This document shows positions 58,554-64,000 of a stretch of 64,000 nucleotides of DNA, in pieces. The stretch lies in assembly GCF_009914755.1 (NCBI RefSeq), contig NC_060927.1; one strand, 5' to 3'. This DNA comes from the human T2T-CHM13v2.0 reference genome, Homo sapiens. The position numbers and the translations under genes were made by a program. The notes under the pieces are model-generated. The model was not told the origin of the DNA. It worked only from the letters and a program-made list of their open reading frames with translations, and did no database searches. Position 1 is the stretch's first letter; each line of letters begins with the position of its first letter.

Positions 58554-60129
58554 ACGTGCGTGCGCACCTGGTTTCTTCTGAATAACTGTGGACACCTGGA
58601 AGGCAGTGCCTCTATCTCAGTCTTCTGACTTGCCCAGAGGGTTCTTTCCTAACTGGACGTTGGTAAATTAGATAGAGCATCAGCTCTGGCTCCTCTTTCT
58701 GAGATCTCTCTGCCGCTACAGGGAATGGGCTCATGTAACAGTAGGAAAATTGGTTGAGGGGCCAGGAGACATGATTCAAATCCCATTTTGCAGTATGGTC
58801 ATAAGTAAGGTTTTTAAAGTTCTCCAGAAATCAGTGCTCCTCTGTAAAATAATGAGACTAGACGAGATGATCCCTTGAGCTTTGTCCAGCTTTGAGCCTG
58901 TGGAGTATAATGACATAAACCTGACCAAAGGGGCACACTGTGTTGTTTATAGAGACAGTGCAACTGAAGTATCTCTGAAAGAAAAAGGGGATGAGGTGAT
59001 ACTTTGTTTTGAAGTTGTAGGAGAAGGAGAAAAATTCTCTTTGATTTTCAAAGTGTGTTATTTTAGTGATTGGTTGATTACTGACAGATATGTTTAATTT
59101 TTTAAAAAGTGTTCTTTAGTAGAAGGAGACAGAGTAACACAAATACCTACAATTTGTAGTATCCTTGTTTATAAAATGTCTTGTCGTGCATTATCTCATT
59201 TGCCTTCACATGACATAGAGCAGGTGTTCTCCTACTTTCCTTTGAGGGAACGTGCCTCATAAAGGCGATGTGCCTGATCATCTAGGCCCAGATCCCAGGT
59301 CTCCTGGTTCCTTGTCCAGGCTTCTTTACATGCTTTCAATGTTTCCCAAACTATGGCACTCTAATTGTGCCAAAGATAATTTTGGGGGGCATGTGGAAAT
59401 TAAATCTTTCAATGGGTTGATAATTTATTTTCATGAATATTAGGAAGAAATATATAACATACACCTAAAATCTATAAATTCATGGCTATGAGAGCAGGGC
59501 GCAAGGGTAAGTTTTAAAATAAATGAGTCAATTGAGAGGAAAACATTCACTAACTGTAAGTAGTGGTGGAATTGAGATCTGACAAAAATCCTCAAGGTGA
59601 TACACAAAGGACTATTTCTTTCATCTCCTTCATAATTATCAAGCATTTATAAAGCATCATGCCTTCTTCCCGGGGCTTTTTATAGTCGTTCTGTTTAATT
59701 CATACAACAACCTCATAGTCTTGTTACAACCCATATCCTTCAGTGAAGGAGAGTGTGGTTCTGCCTATTCATTTTTTGTCAGTCGTTGATTTTTTTTTTC
59801 TTCTTTTCCCATTAAGGGGATGAAATATTCCCTGAGCTACCTCCCTGCTGAATATGCTTAAGTATGTTCCAGGTTATCTTTTTGAGCCTTCGTTATTCTA
59901 CTCCATATCGAAGGTCAACCTTTCTAGTTCTGTCTCTATGTACCGAATACTCTGCTTCTCTGGGGTGTGGTGATATCATACCATGAGTTTAAAATTTAGC
60001 CTTAGCTATACAGCTTAGCTTATTAAAGTTTCACGTTTACTTTTCAGGTTGTTGTGCAGTTGTGGTATTAGCCAGTTAGAGATGTTGTGCCTCTTGCCTC
60101 CTCTATAAGTCACCACAGATATATAAACT

Positions 60130-60350
60130 GGGGACACATTAATATAAGCTCTGATATCAGGCTGACTTAGGTCTAAATTCAACCCCTTACAATCTGTGTG
60201 ACCTGGAACCTCAGTCTTCTCACCAGTAAAATCAGAATAACAGGGTTACATATTCATAGAGTTGAGAAAATTAAATGAGATAATATCCATAAAAGTTTTA
60301 GCACAATGCTGAGTGCATAGGAAGGGGCCTTCAGCAAAAGCCATAATTAC
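60130..60350. mobile_element. MIR SINE; one of several intronic MIRs (others at ~57320-57570, ~60620-60850, ~61060-61270)
   Basis: TGTGTGACCT...CTCAGTCTTCTCACCAGTAAAAT...ATTAAATGAGATAAT core. Confidence 0.65.
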
Positions 60351-62258
60351 TATTCCCCTTTGAAGTGCCATCAGGCCATCTGTTATTTTGCCTCCCTGAT
60401 CTTCCTTTAGCTAGGAGTCTCTCTATGAGCCCCTCAAGCTTGGGAAAATTCTCCAAGCCTTAGCAAATGGTCTTGACATGCTGCTTCCCTCCTCGTTTAA
60501 CTTAGAAACTTGTTCTAAGATTTTCATTCATACCCTGATTTAAAATCTTTTCTGATTAACGTGGACCAAACGCCTTGTCTGTCTCACACTTCCTCTCTCC
60601 ATGCACAGTGGATCCATCTCTTGACTCTGGAATAAAAAGGCCTAGGTTTAAATCCTAGCTCTGTTTCTGGCTGGTTGTGTGGATTTTAGCAAAACACCTC
60701 TCCTCTCCAAGCCTTGATTTTGTCATCTATATGGTGGAAATAAAAACATCTGTGTTATCCATCTTCTAGGATTTTAAAGATTAGATCCAAAGTATATGTG
60801 AAAATGCTCTGTATGTTATAAACCACTATCTATGTGTTCGCTATTATTTTTATTACCTTCTGCACTGGACATGGGCTCTACGTCAGCTTAGAACATGGCT
60901 TAAGAGCATGGTTACCCCAATCTGTTTTTCTAGTAAAAATAGGTGTAGATGTAGCCTTCATTCCTTCATTCCTTGACCTTGAACAAGCCTTCCTGGGTGA
61001 GCTGACCAAAGTCTATGACATCTGCCTTCTTTTCCTAATATCAACAACTGTTTATTGAATATTTATTATATAGCTAGCACATTCCTTAGATATTCCATTG
61101 ATTCCTTCCCAATGATCCATGTGCATGTGATGCCTATTTTTATGATCTTCACTTTGTGGAAGGAAATTGAGCCTTAAAAATGATCCTGCCCAATGTTAGC
61201 CAGTTAAGCATGTGATAAAGCCAGTACTTGAATCTGGAGACTCAGGCTGCAGACTGCAGATGCACATCTCAACTCAACAGAATGGCTCCCTGCCCTAGTT
61301 TGGGTTGATTATTGATCACTACAAAGATGTCATTTTAGTAATTTCACTTTTCACCTTCACTTTCCACCACACTATAAGGTTCTGTAACTCGGGATGTGGC
61401 AGTCATGTCTTCCCCTCCCATTTGAAGTCTTTGCTTCTTGTCCTGCACCTGTCTATCAAAAGGCTGGGAGGCTGGAATGTTGGGAAGTCACTTAGGTGGA
61501 TAGCAAAGGGTTGTGTCATAGGATGAACTATGGATTTTTATGTTTCCTCAGGCTTTTCTCCCACAGAAACTGTTTCCATCGAAAGAGCTGTGTAAGTGCA
61601 GAGGCCTGAGGAGGCACCCAAGTGACATCCCTTATTAGATAAATTTAATTCAATTTCAGAATTTGAGTTTAAGTCAGTCTTTGGCCATCTCCTTCTCATC
61701 CTAGCTCTGAGAGCTAGACAGCAATAGCTGCCCAGGTCTTTCAAATTGTAGACTGTGGTTGTCACTGAATGGCATGTGCTAATGTCCTGCCAGGGACTTT
61801 TACCATTGTATTGTGTGTTTTTGCTGCATGGGAGGAGGAAACAACACGGTTTTGAGGAGCACTTACTCATATTTCTTTGGAGATGGCAGTTGAAACAACA
61901 GCTTTCCCCAACAGCCTCCCCAGGTATGTGAAATGTCATCAGATGTCAGTTTTAGAGAAAAATCTCCATTCCATGGCAAAATAAATTAGGAGCTTTTTGT
62001 GCATTTTTGGTACACACATTGTGACCTAATTTCAAAAAGAAACTTGCCAAATATTTCTTCAGTCTCCAAAAAATTAAACTAGGCTTCCCGCCAGATATCT
62101 GGCTCTGGTTCCCAATCCAGGAACGGCTCCCAAATGCTGATTGTGAATAGGCTGTAGGTGAATGCCTTTTACAAAATAAAGTGCATTGTTTTTATTAAAG
62201 GTAACCCTAGCTGCAAAATCCTGAAACCTTAATACCTTGAAATCAGAAAGTTTATTTC

Positions 62259-62385
62259 AAGCTGAGTACAGTGGTGGCTGACAATGGTAGTCCTAGCTAC
62301 TCAGGAAGCAGATGTGGGAGGATTACTTGAGACCAGGAGTTTGAGACCAGCCTGGACAGCACAGTGAGACCTTGTTTCAAAAAAG
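62259..62385 (+). mobile_element. Free left Alu monomer (FLAM-type)
   Basis: Single monomer with A tail; TSD AGAAAGTTTATTTC (62245-62258) / AGAAAGTTTGTTTC (62386-62399). Confidence 0.85.
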
Positions 62386-64000
62386 AGAAAGTTTGTTTCT
62401 TACTTATGCAAGTCCGACCAGGGGTGGGAAGGGTCCAGTCAGGTGGGACTTGGGCTGATGAAAATTCTGTCATCTTCATCTTTTGTTTTCTAAGCTGGGC
62501 CATAGCTGAGCATTGACATGGATCAAGAGAGGAGTATGGGAGGAGCAGGTGGAGTCCCCATTTTGTGGGCCAGACCTGTAAGTGGTATCTGCAGGCAGAG
62601 GCAACATTGACTGGAATTCAGCCACATGACCACATTCAACTGCAAAGAAGGCTGGGAATTGTAGTTATAAATGTATGCCTTAGAAGGAAGAGAAGTGGGC
62701 ATGGTGAATCCCAGGTCTGTTTCTGCCACAGAGCTGTGCTTGAAACAGGGTTAGGGAGCTTCTAAGGTAGAGTTTGGCTATTTTCCATAACATGGAGAGA
62801 CCAAGGTATTCCTTTACTTTCAATGTTATTCCCCTTGTTCAAACTGGACCCCTTGACCTGACCTTTCCTGAGCCACATGGTGGGTCAATCTCTTCTGGCT
62901 TCTTTGTTTGGATCTCAACTTTCCTGTTTCACTGAGAAGGCTGAGGACACTTCAGAGACCTGTAGATGGTCATCTGATATCCACCTGGCAGTGGAACACT
63001 GATAAAGTAAGCAGCCTTCCTTATGTCAGTCTATGAGCATCAGCTCTCATTTTGAACCTGTCAGAGTGTTTCTCATTGCCTTGAGACTCACTTACGGCTG
63101 GATGAGGCTCTTGGCAGCTCATGTGTTATTCCTCCCCCATTCCATTGTGAGATGGAGTTGCTGCAAGGCCATCCCTTTCCATGGTAACAGCCACAGACTC
63201 TGGTGCCACAGACATGGGCTGATGTCTCAGGAGGCAGGATCAGGCACATGGAAACAAGGGTCAGGGAGCACTTGTGGAGAGCCAGGAGAGCTCACTAATT
63301 CAGTCTGTTATTTCAGAATAGATAAGGTGTGTGTTTTTAAGGGGAGCTTCTACAACATTGTGTTCATTTAAACAGTGTAATCATTACACATGTTTTTCTA
63401 TAATGTACCTCCAGGATTCATAACAACAGACAAGATAATCACTTTGCTCCCAGAAGCAGGAGACAGTGTGGTTTTGAATGTAATGTTGTTAAATAAAATT
63501 GCATATCCTCAATGATATTCTGGCATTCTTCTCTGAGTCACTATCCTCAGTCAAGGTATATATACATTTTTGTGCAGAATTAATGAGGAATTTGGAGAAT
63601 AATAGGTTAAGAAAATATGGTTTGTATACAAGAGACTTTTTATTACAAATATCTCCAATTTGAAATATTTCCTTAAAAAATCAAAGCCTAAGGTACATTT
63701 CGTAGCTTAGTCTTCATATTTAATTTGATTACAGCAATGGACATTAAGTATGAAACAAGCTGTCCAAAGGGCTGTTGAATTATTTAATTACCTCTGGGAT
63801 TTAGGAGGTGAGAGTCAGCATAAACAATTCCACAAGTGGGATGTGTTAGAAAGATCAGCTCTTTCTGTCTCAAGCCTAGTAATTTGAACGATGTGACTAT
63901 CCAAACACCAGTTGCTGTTGAACAAAATATTAAATGCTTAAATCTGTTTGCAATATTTTACTTTCCAGATGGTCATTTATCCAAAAGCAGTACTGAATGT

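Overview
Hominoid (human or close great-ape) genomic DNA, mostly repeat-derived. The only protein-coding sequence is the isoform-specific first coding exon of KCNAB1 (Kv-beta-1.3 N-terminus, + strand, 51238-51512), and the rest of the window to 64000 is its intron. About 6 kb upstream on the - strand is a full-length processed MRE11 pseudogene (41208-45071) with target-site duplications (TSDs), a poly(A) remnant and three later Alu insertions. Two co-oriented solo LTR12C-type (ERV9) LTRs lie upstream (3611-5120, 29910-31285). Other repeats include L1PA/L1MA/L2/MIR/Alu/MER/Tigger copies and a tailless 5S rRNA retro-fragment. The least explained structure is a 196-bp non-tandem duplication (45236-45431 = 49832-50027) whose second copy abuts two hairpins ~1.2 kb upstream of the KCNAB1 ATG. 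I found no convincing new protein-coding system, and almost all listed ORFs are repeat artefacts. Repeat subfamily names and comparisons with reference mRNAs/proteins are from memory and need database confirmation.
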